Below the pieces are notes generated by a model. That model was not told where the DNA came from. It ran no database searches and worked only from the letters and a program-made list of their open reading frames with translations. Made by a program: the position numbers and the translations under genes. A stretch of 64,000 bases of DNA from the human T2T-CHM13v2.0 reference genome, Homo sapiens. The DNA lies in the NCBI RefSeq assembly GCF_009914755.1, contig NC_060929.1; one strand, written 5' to 3'. Positions 26,781 to 57,642 of the stretch are shown in pieces. The number at the start of each line of letters is the position of its first letter. Position 1 is the first letter of the stretch.

Positions 26781-26832
26781 TCAAGGCATTTTTTGGATGA
26801 GCCACCACGCCCAGCCTCAAGGCATTTTTTGG
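26761..26832 (+). repeat. Perfect 36-bp tandem duplication
   Basis: atgagccaccacgcccagcctcaaggcattttttgg repeated at 26761-26796 and 26797-26832. Confidence 0.97.
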
Positions 26833-27137
26833 AGTGCAACTTCCAAGGTAGTGCTTCAGAAAATAAGTGACTTTCTCTTGTTATTAGAAAGCTATTACGC
26901 TTACTTCCCCATTCCACTGTGGTTTGGGGAAGTCTGTGGATCATTACTTGTTTTTTGATTTATTTAATATCGCTCTGAGCTATTCTAAGCATACAGATGA
27001 CAGAGAATGTAGCCTGACCATAGACTCACCTGCTGATAATTCCTGTATTCTCCTACTCTCTTGGCATGAAAAATGCCACCAACTAACATTCATCAAGTGC
27101 TTAGTACAGGCCAGGTACTATGTTGACTGCTTTACAT

Positions 27138-27494
27138 CAGGGGTCCTCAACCCCGGGGCCACGGACCTGGTACAGGTCTGTGGCCTGTTAGGAACTGGGC
27201 CGCACAGCAGGAGGTGAGTGGTGGGTAAGCCAGCATTACTACCTGAGTTCTGCCTCCTGTCAGATCAGCAGAGGCATGAGATTCTCATAGAAGCACAAAC
27301 CCTATTGTGAACTGCGCATGTGAGGGATCTAGGTTGCGTGCTCCTTATGAGAAACTAATGCCTGATGATCTGAGGTGGAACAACAGTTTCATCCCAAAAT
27401 ATTCCCTCCCTACGATCTGTGGAAGAATTGTCTTAAAACATTCATTATCTTTCAAGACACCGGTCCCTGATGCAAAAATGGTTGGGGACCACTG
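27138..27494. mobile_element. MER1B-like hAT-Charlie MITE
   Basis: TIRs caggggtcctcaacc / ggttggggaccactg; exact 8-bp TSD ctttacat at 27130-27137 and 27495-27502. Confidence 0.9.
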
Positions 27495-27700
27495 CTTTAC
27501 ATGGTTCATTTAACTTAATTGGGCCATTTTAATAGTCTGGTAGGAGAGGTATTATTTTCTCTTAAAGGAGTACTATAAATTTACCTTAATTTCATTCATG
27601 CCAGAGGAGGGTACACATCTCTCTCTCTGGTGTTAGGGATGTGCTGAATGAATGGATGTTGGAAAATGCTGTCATTTGTTCACTGTGGTTCTACTTGTAG

Positions 27701-27859
<159 letters not shown>

Positions 27860-28146
27860 TGATGGGCCAGGATCAGCTCAGATGCGACTGCTTTGTGGAG
27901 GAAGAAAACATCACTGCCCATTCCTTAACCCTTACTTTCTCTATCTACAATATAAAAATAAGAAAAAAATTAAGTTTGCCTCCAAAGACATTTGTATTAG
28001 TTAGAATAAAAGGTTCAGGGGCTGTAAGAAAAAGATGGTAGCTTCAAGAATAAGGCCTTTACATTTTTCCTCATGTAACAAATCAGGATAGGTAGGCTCT
28101 GCTCTCTCTGGTTCTTTCTATCTCCTTTCTCCATCTCTCCTAGTTC

Positions 28147-28298
28147 AAGCAGTTCTCAAACTTGAGCATGCAAGAGATCACCTGAAGGACTTGGTAAAAC
28201 ACAAGTTGCTAGGCCCCACCTGCAGAATTCACATTTCTAACAAGTTTCCAGGTGATGCCGGGGTTGTTGGTCAAGGGACTACACTTGGAGGAACGCTG
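28147..28298. mobile_element. MER5A-like MITE
   Basis: gttctcaaacttgagcatgc...atcacctg...catttctaacaagtttccaggtgatgc. Confidence 0.75.
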
Positions 28299-28311
28299 TC
28301 TTAGAGCACTC

Positions 28312-31892
<3,581 letters not shown>

Positions 31893-32071
31893 GCTTTATT
31901 TAGTTAATCTATATATTCAATATATATATCTATTATAAATATATATATTTATTATATATATAAAAAGTTAAACTGTTATCTCTCACTATATGTCTTTTGT
32001 CAGTAAACGCACCAATGATTATGAATCAATTTTGCCTCTTAGCACATTTAAGTATTATCCCTTTGTCCTAG

Positions 32072-32197
32072 GACCCACGCTTTTCTAAGATCCTGGAAAA
32101 CCTAAGACTCCAGAAGCGTGGCACAGGTGGTGTGGACACTGCCGCGGTCGCAGATGTGTACGACATTTCCAACATAGATAGAATTGGTCGATCAGAG
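32072..32197 (+). CDS. CKMT2: CKMT2 coding exon 8 ([42 protein letters not shown])
   Basis: ctttgtcctAG| acceptor, GAG|GTAACG donor, 126 nt; RGTGGVDT flexible loop. Confidence 0.98.
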
Positions 32198-33289
32198 GTA
32201 ACGTCTCTCTCACTTTCCTAACATGAACTAACAAAATCAGCCTAAGAGAGAATAGAGAAAAGCAAACAGCCTAGCCGTTTTCACAAAATTCGAGACCTCC
32301 TCTTCGCCCATTGAGTCCTGAGTTATGTTAGCTTTTCATTCTGTAACATTATTCTTCCATGGGAAATAACTGCATAAAGGGAAACATAATGTGAGCTGAG
32401 AATTTATAGGCAAGTATAGGAATTCACAGTGGGACTGTTGTCACCGACCTGCCATGAGAGCTATTCCAACAATCCTCAGCGAGCAGGAGCTCTGTTATGC
32501 TAAAGGACTGCAGTTTTTTTATTACTGTAAAGTCAGAACATCTATGCTATCCCTCTGAGGGTGGCAAAATAGTGGAATTTTCTCTTGGTTCTGAATTTTC
32601 TTTGGTGAAGGCTACAAATGATCATCTTCACTTTGGTGTTCTTAGATACTCGATGGTTTCTAAACTTTTATTTCTTAGGCTAAAGATAGCAACTATGTTA
32701 TGTGCTAGGTTTAGATAAGTTTGTGCTCATAAAATCCTTAGGATTCTGTGATGAATATGTAGGATGAAAAGGATTCATAGACTTTGTGTGGCCTGAAACA
32801 ATGAATGAGGCAAAAAGATCACATGTAAGGAACATGCAGCTGAATGCTAAGCAAATACTGATCATGGTAAGTTATACCAGCCTATCTGGATGTGGTCCCA
32901 TTGGACATATTATGCCCATCATTAATTTTAAAGCCTCTTCTCATAACAAAACCCTTAATAATTCAGTGACTGGTTATTAAATCTGTGGATTATCAAAGTT
33001 CTCTCTTCTTCCTTACCAGTTTTTGAATATTTCACTGCCTATCAATATCCCTACCAGTAAGTACACTGAGGAAAAGGAAAGGAAGAAACCCTCAAAACAA
33101 TTAGATCAGCCAGTGTGCTATCAGCTCTGGTAAAGTACTTGAGGGACATGTAACTATAATACCACAACTTCTGAAATTTACTGAATAATGTGTGGTGTAG
33201 TGAATAAAGAAAATCTGGGAGTCTATCCCTGTTGATTCTAATATTAACTAGATATTTATTACTGGAAAACAATGTAGTTAATGCTTTAA

Positions 33290-33840
33290 AAATGTTAAGT
33301 CTAACTATACTAGGCAGTCACTATAAAAGTGAGGAAAATGCCAAAAAATAATTTAAAAACACCATTTATTTAACCCAACAACCCTGATAACCATTGTGAA
33401 CATTATTCTAAATGGCCCTTCATTCTTTTTAAAAACTACCCAAAAAACTTGAAAAAATTGTTATAATACATGTTTAATATTATAACCAAATACTGGTTAT
33501 AATTTTTTTCCAATGCATTATATCATGAACATTTTCCCACAATATTAAGTATTCTTCACAAACATGATTTTTAATCACAGTAAAGATAATCCATTACCTA
33601 TTTAATGTTTTCCTGATTTTATGTTTGACCATCTCTCTACATAATTCTAATCACAACTCTGGTTATTTAGTTAGGATATACTTCTAGAAAAGGAATTCCT
33701 GGGTTAAAACCAGAGTTCCCTATTTATAATCAAGTTTTCTACCAGATTTATACCAAGATAGAGTCCTACTGGCAGTGAGTGAGAGACCTATCTCACCATA
33801 CTCTCACCAACACTGGAAGGGATCAAAAGGATAAATAGAA
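33290..33840 (-). mobile_element. Old L1ME 3' fragment
   Basis: ctagaaaaggaattcctgggttaaaa and gtgagagacctatctcaccatactctcaccaacactgg antisense L1M motifs. Confidence 0.5.
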
Positions 33841-34719
33841 AATATGTGTTTTAGTTAGTAGTGACTAACATTCTGATTCAACCCTCTCTTGGGGCCTAAG
33901 TTTCCTTATGCATATAAAGAGATAGATAGGGAGGCAGCTGGAGTATGTGATGCCTGAGAGCTAACATTCAATGGTCCCTTCCATCCTTGCTGCTCATTCT
34001 TTAGTTGTATAATGTATGTCTGGAATTAACTAATTTCTCTCTTAATTTGGGTTTCCTTGGGGGCAGTACAAGTCATTTGCTTAGGAGGTGATCCCAGGGG
34101 AAAAAAAAATTAAGTAGATGTGCTCTGGTTTAAGGAAAACAAATATTTGGAAACCAAAGTTCTATACAGAGTTTTTTAAGAACAGGAATTTTAGAAAGTA
34201 TATCTTAATTTGCAAAACTCATTTCATTAATAAGCTTGCCTAGCATAGTACAAACATGATTTAGTTGCCAAACATTTGACATTAATTTTTCAGGAAGACA
34301 CCCACTGTATTAATGATGATATCTGAGCTACATTAGCATATCCAGTGCTCAGATAGATTAGTGGCAGGTCAGAATTCAGATCCAGGCCAAAGAATAACAC
34401 GAGGGTGTCACTGTAGTCTTACTTCTAGACAAACTCTGATATTTTATAGCAGACACTGGTAGGAAAAAATGTTAGAGATGCAAACTAATGGTTTTCACAT
34501 AGTAAAAAAGCTTTCACATACAAAGTAGTATCCCCATCTTAACTATGGAAAGATTGAGAGAAACCCTTATATCTCTGCCTTCCATTTCTGAGAAGGAAGG
34601 AATTGTTGTGAAGTCCATCTAAGTGGCAAGTTCTCATTTATCACAGTGCTGTTCCTGTTAATCAATGCCCTGCAGATGCTTCTATTCAAATTAATCATTC
34701 ATCTTCTTCACTGTCAAAG

Positions 34720-34839
34720 GTTGAGCTTGTTCAGATAGTCATCGATGGAGTCAATTACCTGGTGGATTGTGAAAAGAAGTTGGAGAGAGGCCAAGATATT
34801 AAGGTGCCACCCCCTCTGCCTCAGTTTGGCAAAAAGTAA
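34720..34839 (+). CDS. CKMT2: CKMT2 last coding exon ([39 protein letters not shown])
   Basis: tcttcactgtcaaAG| acceptor; TAA at 34837-34839; summed CDS is 1260 nt = 419 codons plus stop; basic C-terminus typical of mitochondrial CK. Confidence 0.97.
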   Translation, partial: VELVQIVIDGVNYLVDCEKKLERGQDIKVPPPLPQFGKK

Positions 34840-34958
34840 ACTTTCCCTTTCCCAATTTATAAATAATCTGTCTGCTGGTACGACAGACATAAATCTCTAC
34901 TCTGAGAGTTTTTATACACTTGGAAAAATATAAAATTGTAGATCCTGCCTATCTTTAC

Positions 34959-34964
34959 AATAAA
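34959..34964 (+). terminator. CKMT2: CKMT2 polyadenylation signal AATAAA (second AATAAA at 35071-35076)
   Basis: AATAAA 120 nt after the stop codon, followed by U/GU-rich ctttgctttgtttctctg at ~34981. Confidence 0.85.
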
Positions 34965-35255
34965 ACTCTCCTTAATATATCTTTGCTTTGTTTCTCTGAT
35001 TTTTAAAATAATACTAAGAAGGGCAAACACATCCGATTACAAGTAGACAAGAAGCAAAATATTTTAAGACAATAAAACTAATATTTTAAGTTTTGATTTT
35101 GCCACAACTTACACACACCTCTAAATAACCCATTAGCTATCCAGATGTTAGTCAACCCTTTTGGAAATATCTTATGGACCCCATTGGAAAGTGAGAAATT
35201 AAATTAATATAATAAGCAATTTTCTGGCAAATGGAGCAAGAGGAGACTTACCTAT

Positions 35256-35689
35256 TGAAAGTGTGGAAATAAAGACTATACAAAGAGAGGCTACTTATTT
35301 ATTCAGACTTTGCTTTCACAAGGGTGTCAGCTATCATCACTTGCATTTGGCAGAGACATGAGAAATCTTCATGGTGAAAGAAAGGGGAGGCTTCAGATAT
35401 GCTCTGATTGGGGTTGCAGGCATGGGGAAGTTGGAGACAGGCTACCTAGAAGCGGGGTATGCTATGTGATTATTTTGGGAAGCATATTTGGTTTTATCTG
35501 ATTGGTCCTGAGTTTGAGGCAGGGGCAAAAATTAGGGAAGCCAGCAGTCATTGACCAAGTCCTGACCATCCTTTACTGATTGTTACAGAGGTTAGGGTTT
35601 GGTCTCCTAGAACGGTTGCTTTAGAGGTTGTGGGTGAGAGTTCTGTTGTCCTGTGGTCTAGCCATTGTCTCTGTATACTCAGTCTCTCA
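35256..35689 (-). mobile_element. ERV1 solo LTR (MER67-like)
   Basis: Minus strand begins TGAGAGACTGAGTATACAGAGACAATGGCTAGACC...CAGGACTTGGTCAATGACTGCTGGCTTCCCTAATTTTTGCCCC; AATAAA near its 3' end. Confidence 0.65.
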
Positions 35690-37794
35690 AAAACAATTCA
35701 AAATTTGATGTCTGAAATACTGAAAATGTTTTTAGCATAGTCTGAAAGCAGAATTCTTCCTTCAGCATGCAGATTGTTACCTTGAATCTTGTTATTTTCT
35801 GTCTATCCTGTGATGTCTATAGCCTGAAGGAACACAATAGAGTAGGTGGGAGCAATTAATTGTGTAACAAGTTAGGAAACAGCTCCACACAAAAAAGATA
35901 AATACTTTTTAATAGAAATGAGATCAAGTTATGCACCCTATAGTAAGTGAGCACTGCAGGTGCTACAGTTAAACTGGTGCTTTAGTGTATGCATTTGTAT
36001 TCCCTCCTGCTATATTGAAAAAAAGTATAAGAAGATTACAATTGTGCTGGTGCTAATATGCACTACTCTAACTGGTATATGGTAGAAATTCAGAAAGAGG
36101 AAACCATACCAATATAATTTGGAACATCATGCTCAGTACCCCAAATGGTAGAGGGTGAAGGGCTGTTCCTCCAACAAACGCCTGGCAAAAGGGAGGATCA
36201 CAACCTCAGGCAGTGGTTGATACTCTTGGGTTAGAGAAAGGGTAGAGAAGGCTGGTGTCATGATAAGCACACCGACTCTACAGCTGCATTGCTGGGGTAC
36301 AAGTCCCAATTCTCCAATTATATGACATTGAGTTACTTAATCTCTAGGTTCCTCAGTTTCCTCTAGATAAAATGAAAACAATGATTATACCTATTGCATT
36401 GGGTTGTTGGGAGGATGAAATTAATTAGTATATGAAAGTTTACTTACCAGTGTTCAATGCACAGTATTATGTAGGCATTTGCTAAATAAATAAATCAGTA
36501 TTATAATCATATAATGATCCATCTGTGAATATGCCTTAACAACACTATCTTTTAGGGCAAGCCAACAGGACTCATGGTCCCTCTTCTGAAAGACCTTATG
36601 AGCTAAGTGGTAAATGGAAGCAAATTCACATTGCTAAATAAGCATTATGCTCATAAGCATAAGTGGGCTGAACAGACTAGACAGATGTATATACCAACAT
36701 TTCATTTAAGAAAAGCTGAAAAAAACAAGTATTATCATAAAGTATAGGGCTACTGACATACTAAGTCTTGTAATCTATACCACAACATCTAAAGCAACAG
36801 CAACATCAACAAGAATTAACTAAATATGTAAGGGACAGTGAATTCCAGATAACATCTCTCTCCTTTTTGGTGCTGCATTTTTATCTAATTTATTTCTCAC
36901 CCCTATCCATTAGTTTTAATTCATCAATAACCTCAGTGACGTTCGCTTTCAATACTGGCTTGCTTACAGACTGCTAGTACTTCATCTTTAAATTATCTAC
37001 ATTTCAAACTCTTCATTTGTTGGGCTGTTTGACCTCTGGTATATTACCAGGAATGTACTCATGTGACTTTACTCTTTAGAAACAATATTCATAACCAAAG
37101 ACAGTCATTTAAACCAAGTCTACAATGGATTCCTCAACACTCGATCTGGCACCTCACTTTTCTTCGAAATCCTCCATATTCATCAACTATCTTTTCCTGA
37201 TAGGTCTTCAACCAATTTTCAGATTATGTAATAGCACTTAAATAGGATACAAGAATATGCTTTCTCCTCAAGCACTGACAAGCATTTGAGTGATCTCATC
37301 CTGTTTGCAGAAGTTGTGATAAGTTTTAATTTTGCCACAAGAAACAAGCACATTGGCAATATTACAGTCAAAATAACACCTTTTATAAGATGAGTCCATT
37401 GGAAGAGATAAAGGGACTTTTAATTATTAATTAAAATGCTAATTGAATACCATATCTTCCAGCCAAGGGAGTCATATAGCATGCAAATAGTTCCTGTTTA
37501 CTAAAGTCTAGTTCAATCAGTATTCATCAAACAGTCATATGAACAGAGCATGGTTCTGAGTCATAGGCCTTTTAAAATTTGCTGCATTCCTTACATCAGA
37601 GGCAGATGCAATGAGAAAGCTTTGATGGCTGAAAAATCATTCTGGCTCTCTTCCACAGGGGAAGAGAAACAGGGGTGTTCTCCTTGACTTCTGAGCTTCC
37701 ACAGTAAGTTGGCTTATGGAGACTGAGCTACTCTCCCCTCAGGCCAAATATCATAAAAGAGCATGTCTGAACGTTCTGAAAGAAGCCAAAATAA

Positions 37795-38094
<300 letters not shown>

Positions 38095-38242
38095 TGAGGT
38101 CAAAAAATTTGCATGAAATTCAGGCTCAACCACTAACCAGCTACATGACCAAAGGTAAATTATTTAACTCAATAGTCTTGGTTTCATTTGTAAAATGGAG
38201 AGAATTCCTGCCTTATGAAGTTTTTATGATGATTAAATAAGG

Positions 38243-38316
38243 CAGTGACTTTTTTTTTTTTCCTTTTACTGTAACCTATGGGAAGAAATATATTTTACAT
38301 TAGAACCCAGTACACA
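38243..38316. mobile_element. Left part of a split hAT-Charlie MITE (MER112-like)
   Basis: cagtgacttt...gaagaaatatattttacattagaacccagtacaca; continues at 51379. Confidence 0.65.
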
Positions 38317-38319
38317 AAC

Positions 38320-51378
<13,059 letters not shown>

Positions 51379-51591
51379 CCAGTACACACATATATGAATA
51401 TCCAAGTGAATGTATGTAAAATCCAAATAAAGATTTCATGTAACAGAAGTTACCCTTACAATCTGAGATGCACTCTGATACTTTATTCTATACTGTCTTA
51501 AACTCTTCCAGTTTTAAAAAATTCTGATTGTAATACATTAAATGGATTTCACAAGACATTAAGGGGATAAAATTCAATTTCAAAAACATAG
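51379..51591. mobile_element. Right part of the split hAT-Charlie MITE (MER112-like)
   Basis: ccagtacacaca...tttcatg...ttacccttac...gatgcactctgata...atttcaaaaacatag continues the element begun at 38243. Confidence 0.65.
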
Positions 51592-51619
51592 ACTTAATTA
51601 CCTGGCTCAATAATCATTA

Positions 51620-52960
51620 AATTCCCTCCTTCATTCTTTTTATTCTTCATTCAACTCTAAATACTTTGTTCCATTTTATTCTCCATGTTTTTTGATGAAA
51701 AGTTTATGGTTATGCAAATAGTTGTTTTTCTATATGTAATGTGTCATTTTTCTGACGGCTTATAAGATTTTCAGCAGTTAATGTGCCTAGGTGATTTTCT
51801 ACATATTTATACTTGAGTTTCACTGGGCTTCTTATGTTGATTTATATCTTTTACAAAGTTTGGAAAGTTTTTGGCTATCATTTCTTCAAATGCTTTTTTC
51901 GGCCTCATTCTCTCTTTTAGGACTCATAATTAGACATATACTGGACCTACTGCTATTGTTCCACAGTACTCTGAGTGTCCATTTTAAAAATAATTTCCCC
52001 CCTTTTCTGTTTATTCAATCATTTCCTTTTCTTCAGAATGAATAATTTCTATTGTTCTATCTTTAAGTTTCTAAATTCTTACCTCTCTATTCTACCTCTG
52101 TTCTCTCTATTCTGCTACTGAGCTCAACCAGTGATCTTTTATCATCACAGATATTGTAACTTTTACTTCTCAAATTTTTTTTTTTTTTTTACATATTCTA
52201 TTTCTCTGCTGAGATATTCCATCTTTTCATTCATTGTAAACATCTTTGCCTTTATTCATTGAGCACAGTTAGAATAGCTGGTATAAAGTCCTTGTGTTAT
52301 ATCTTTTGGTCACCTTGTTCATCTCTGGGTAAACCTGTTGGCTGTCTTTTTCTTGTCATATTTTCCTAGTTCATTCTCTGTCAAGTAATTTTGGATTGTA
52401 TCCTGGACATTGAGAAAGTTATATTTAGTATAACCTGAGTTCTACCGTATTGCTTTAAAAATGACTGAGGTATTTGTTTTAGCAGGCAATTACCTTGATT
52501 AGACTCAAACTGTGGTCTCACCTGCAATGACTGCAAGTTCAATATACAGTTAAGTTACTTAAGCCTCAGTGGTTGTTTTGAAGCTGCTTCATTCATGTGT
52601 AGTTCAGGGGTCAAGTAAAGATTTGAGCAGAGTTCATCCAGAGAACCTGGACCTCCACTTCTCTGGGTCTCTCCTCTAGAATACCCCCTTCTGGTGGCTA
52701 TGCTTATTCCAGGCTCCATTTCCTGGTTTACTAGGCCAGAAAAGAGCTTGGTTCTCTACTGGAATCTTAGCCACTCCGTGCTGTACAGTATCTATGGCAC
52801 ATGCAGGCTAATGTTGCAAAATAGGAAATGTACTTTGTGCAATCTCAACCTCTAAGATTTGAATACTCTCCAAAAGCTACCTGCTTTTTTCCAATCTCCA
52901 GAGTTCTTGTATAATTTTAAAAATTTAATCAGAGTTTATAGTTCTTATCTGTAGGAGAAT
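51620..52960 (-). mobile_element. Old L1M 5'/ORF1 fragment, antisense
   Basis: T-rich, with motifs such as aagtttggaaagtttttggctatcatttcttcaaat and aattttggattgtatcctggacatt. Confidence 0.6.
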
Positions 52961-53208
52961 GAGCCTATTGGGAGCATACTGCACCATAGAAGTAGACCTT
53001 TTTCTCCTTCCAAGACTTTTAAAGAAAACTGATTCTATTTTAATAGGAAAGGGGAGGGAAAAATTAATCTTCTGACAAAACACTTTAAAGTCATCAATAA
53101 ATTAATTCCAAATGAAGGAAGAATACAATTCTTTTCATTGGGATAAGTGCAATAAATTACAATATCTGTGGAAAGCCAACTATATCCACAATTACATCAA
53201 ATATAGTT

Positions 53209-53515
53209 GGCTGGGCACAATGGCAGATGCTTGTAATCCCAGCACTTTGGGAGACCGAGGTGGGCAGATTGCTTGAGGTCTGGAGTTTGAGACCAGCCTG
53301 GTCAACATGGTCAAACCCCATCTGTACCAAAAATACAAAAATTAGCTGGGCATGGTGGTGCACGCCTCTAATTTCAGCTACTCAGGAGGCTGAGGCATGA
53401 GAATTCCTTGAACCTGGGAGGCAGAGATTGCAGTGAGCCAAGATTGTGCCACTGCACTCCAGCCTGGGCAACAGGGCGAGACTCCGTCTCAAAAAAAAAA
53501 AAAAAAAAAAAAAAA
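53209..53515 (+). mobile_element. AluS
   Basis: Full Alu with a long A tail. Confidence 0.92.
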
Positions 53516-53708
53516 GGACAAACTACAGCTATGGGCAAAATCTGACTCATCATAGCCACACATTCATATACATATTGTCTGTGGCTGCTTTTGTACTACA
53601 ATGGCAGATCTGAGTAATTGCAACAAAGACCATATCGTCCACAAAACTCAAAATATGTAGTATGTGGCTCTTTACAGAAAAAAAAAAAAAAAATTGTGTC
53701 AATCCCTG
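53516..53708. mobile_element. MER58A-like hAT MITE
   Basis: caaactacagc...ggctgcttttgtactacaatggcaga...ctttacagaaaaa...aatccctg. Confidence 0.7.
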
Positions 53709-53709
53709 G

Positions 53710-54132
53710 TCCAAACACTCCACTTAAAAGGCAGAGACCATTAGGGTGCGGAAAAAATGTTAAAAACCAATGATATCCTGTCTACAGGAAACTCACTTTA
53801 AATATAAAGACACAAAAAGTAAAAGGATGAAAAAAGACATACCATGAAAATACCAATCAAAAGAAAGAGTGTTCTATTTTATTACTAAAGTATACTCCAG
53901 AAAAAAAGCATAAAGGGGGGCATTTCATAATTATGCACATGTCAAATTCATTAAGACTTAAACATTCTAAATATGTGCTCATCTAATAACAAGTTTCAAA
54001 ATATATGATGCCAAAACTAACAGAACTGTAAGAGGAAATAGACAAATATGCAATATTTCTCTTTTAGAATTCCATAGAACAAGTAGACAAAGTATCAAGA
54101 AAAATCCAGGAGACTTAAACAAGAATATCAGC
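53710..54132 (+). mobile_element. Old L1M ORF2 (endonuclease region) fragment
   Basis: ctgtctacaggaaactcactttaaatataaagacaca...aaagtaaaaggatgaaaaaagacataccatg. Confidence 0.65.
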
Positions 54133-54830
54133 TGTGTTTGGAGCTGCCAAGAAGCAGGTACCAAGACAGGATTTAACACGAAAGTGATTTTTGTGGGAAA
54201 GGATAAGAAGAGGTAGATACTTTCAAATCAGTATGCTAGACTGAGAGGGAAGGCGGCAAGAAGGGGTAGGAAAAGTCCTAGACCAAGAAAGGTTCAACTA
54301 GGCCAATGGATTCAGCCGTCTTCACACCTGCTGTAAGAGTTTTGCATCTCCTAAGGCAAGAACGGACTTTACTCAGTTATGAGCTGAACGTCGACTACAG
54401 GAAGCCTGGCCTCAGCATCAACACAATGGTTCATCCAGAGGGGCAGTAACTGAGGTTATTTGTCAATTATGGTCCCTGCAAGAGGGAATTTCAGTTATAT
54501 ATTTTCATGGCCACCACAGTCCACTGTGCATCATACAAATTTACTTCAGGGAAAAGCTCTTCCATGACTTCCATGGGTCTCACATCCTAAGGAACATCTT
54601 AGAAGAGGGAGGTTAGTGGTATGAACTAAAGCCCCATTGCTGCTACTCATCTTCAACCTCCTCCATTATCTATTCTAAATTTCCCTCACTTTCATCTATC
54701 ACCTTGATAGACTTTGGTGGCTTACTTCATTGTGTAAACCAAACATTCAGCCCTGAGCCTGCAATTACATGCTGTCAGGCCAGGGTTGTATCACATCTCT
54801 GTCGAGTTACAACAGGACAAATTAACAGTA
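54133..54830 (-). mobile_element. MaLR LTR (MLT1-like) plus internal fragment
   Basis: agaagcaggtaccaagacaggattt ... catggccaccacagtcc are MLT1-type ends. Confidence 0.5.
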
Positions 54831-54892
54831 AGCACCAGGAGGCAGCCAAGTGTCTTATTTCCCACTGCTCCCTGCTCTACGTAAAAGCAGCC

Positions 54893-55218
54893 TTTTTTTT
54901 TTTTTTTTTTTTTTTGGTTTTTTGTTTTGTTTTGTTTTTGAGACAAGGTCTCACTCTGTTGCCCAGGCTGGAATGTAGTGGCACAATCATAGCTCAATCT
55001 CCTGGGCTCCAGCAATCCTCCCACCTCAGCCACCCGAGTGGCTGGGACTTCAGGTATGTGCCACCATGCTTGGCTAATTTTTAACTTTTTTTTTTTTTTT
55101 GATAGAGATGAAGTCTCACTACATTGCCTAGGCTGGTCTTAAACTCTGACCTTAAGTGATCCTCCCGCCTCAGCCTCCCAAAATGCTAGGTTTATAGGCA
55201 TAAGCCACCACACCTGGC
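54893..55218 (-). mobile_element. AluJ
   Basis: Antisense, diverged Alu. Confidence 0.88.
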
Positions 55219-55815
55219 CCGCTCTACCTTTCTGCTCCCAAAATTGACTCCCCCTTTCACAACAGCAACTCCTCTTCTCACCTGTAGTTCCAAGAGAAAA
55301 AACATTTCTTTATTCCTTTTGATTGTCAAAAACTATTTCATACCAACTTTTTGAAATTTAAAATTGAATCAAGCATAATTTTTAAGTGCAAATCAAGGAT
55401 ATATAGCTGTTACTCAATTTTAATGGGGAAAAGCTTTGTTATGATAGAATATCTAATGTATTTGATAGTCATTCATTTCTTATCTATGCAGGGAACTATC
55501 CAGGAGCTTAAAATTTTATTGGGAGACAGAATACATGAGGGGGCCTCAAAACCCTCAAAAAAAAAGTTAAGGTCAGTTAATAAGATTTCCATCTAAAAAT
55601 TAAACTAGAAAAATCTGCAAATAGTGGAGATTAGCCATCTGTAAAATGAAACCAAAGAACCATCCAGGAGGCAAGATTGGAATTGGAAGATTCAGAAAAG
55701 GATGCTGAACCAACTTCATTTTACCCTTTCTATAAAAAACACTTTTTTTTTTTTAACAGAGAAGGCAAATGGTTATCATGGAACCTAAAAAAGGGGAATT
55801 AAGAGATCATTACTG

Positions 55816-56145
<330 letters not shown>

Positions 56146-56856
56146 TCAGCACCATCAGAGAAAGCTCTATTCACCCTAGGGGTTAGACTGTTTGACCATG
56201 TTCAACCAATCACTTATCTGAGTGCTGTGAAAACACCCACACCAGAAATGAAGGATTAAAGAGGTATACCATAATTAATCATGTATTCATTCTGCAAACA
56301 TAATCTATATCTGAAAATGAGTAAACCTAGTTTGAGGTATGTAATTATGAAACTGTAAAAGCAGGATTTAAGAAGAGTTTTTTAATAGCTTCATGAAACT
56401 TACGAGTTATAGTGGAAATCCAATGAACTGATATTATCATTTACTTTTTACTATATACATCAGATTCCCTATTCTCCAAAAGTGTATTTGACTCATAAGC
56501 TGTATCTATTTTCAACCTGAATGCCAAATTTTGGCATCATCACAAAATCTTTGTTTGCATAAAACTTATTTTTGGCATAAAAGCAATTATGAAAATAGAA
56601 AACTCTTTTAAATAATGTAGATGAGGCCAAAAAGGAAGACACTGGGCTCTTGTAAAAACTGTACTGCTGAAGACACGTGCAAACATGCATGAAACAGATG
56701 TAAATATAGACACAATTTGTGAACACTGCAGACAGGGCCTGAATTACTTGGAACTCATCAGGACTGATGAGGCACTAACTGCATTCAGGTGCACTTCAAT
56801 CAGAACTAGATTATACCATTAAAATTAACGAGCCATAAGAAGACTTTAATGAATAA

Positions 56857-57265
<409 letters not shown>

Positions 57266-57329
57266 TAAGATGTTTTTTAAGTAACACACTCTCTGGCACA
57301 TCGCTTCGATATTCACTTAAATGGCCTAT

Positions 57330-57642
<313 letters not shown>

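Noticed and set aside
26761-26832. 36-bp direct repeat as a CRISPR-like array
   Set aside because: Only two adjacent copies with no spacer, Alu-derived, in a primate genome with no cas genes.
31935-31952. 18-bp perfect palindrome ataaatatatatatttat
   Set aside because: Expected within low-complexity (TA)n sequence.
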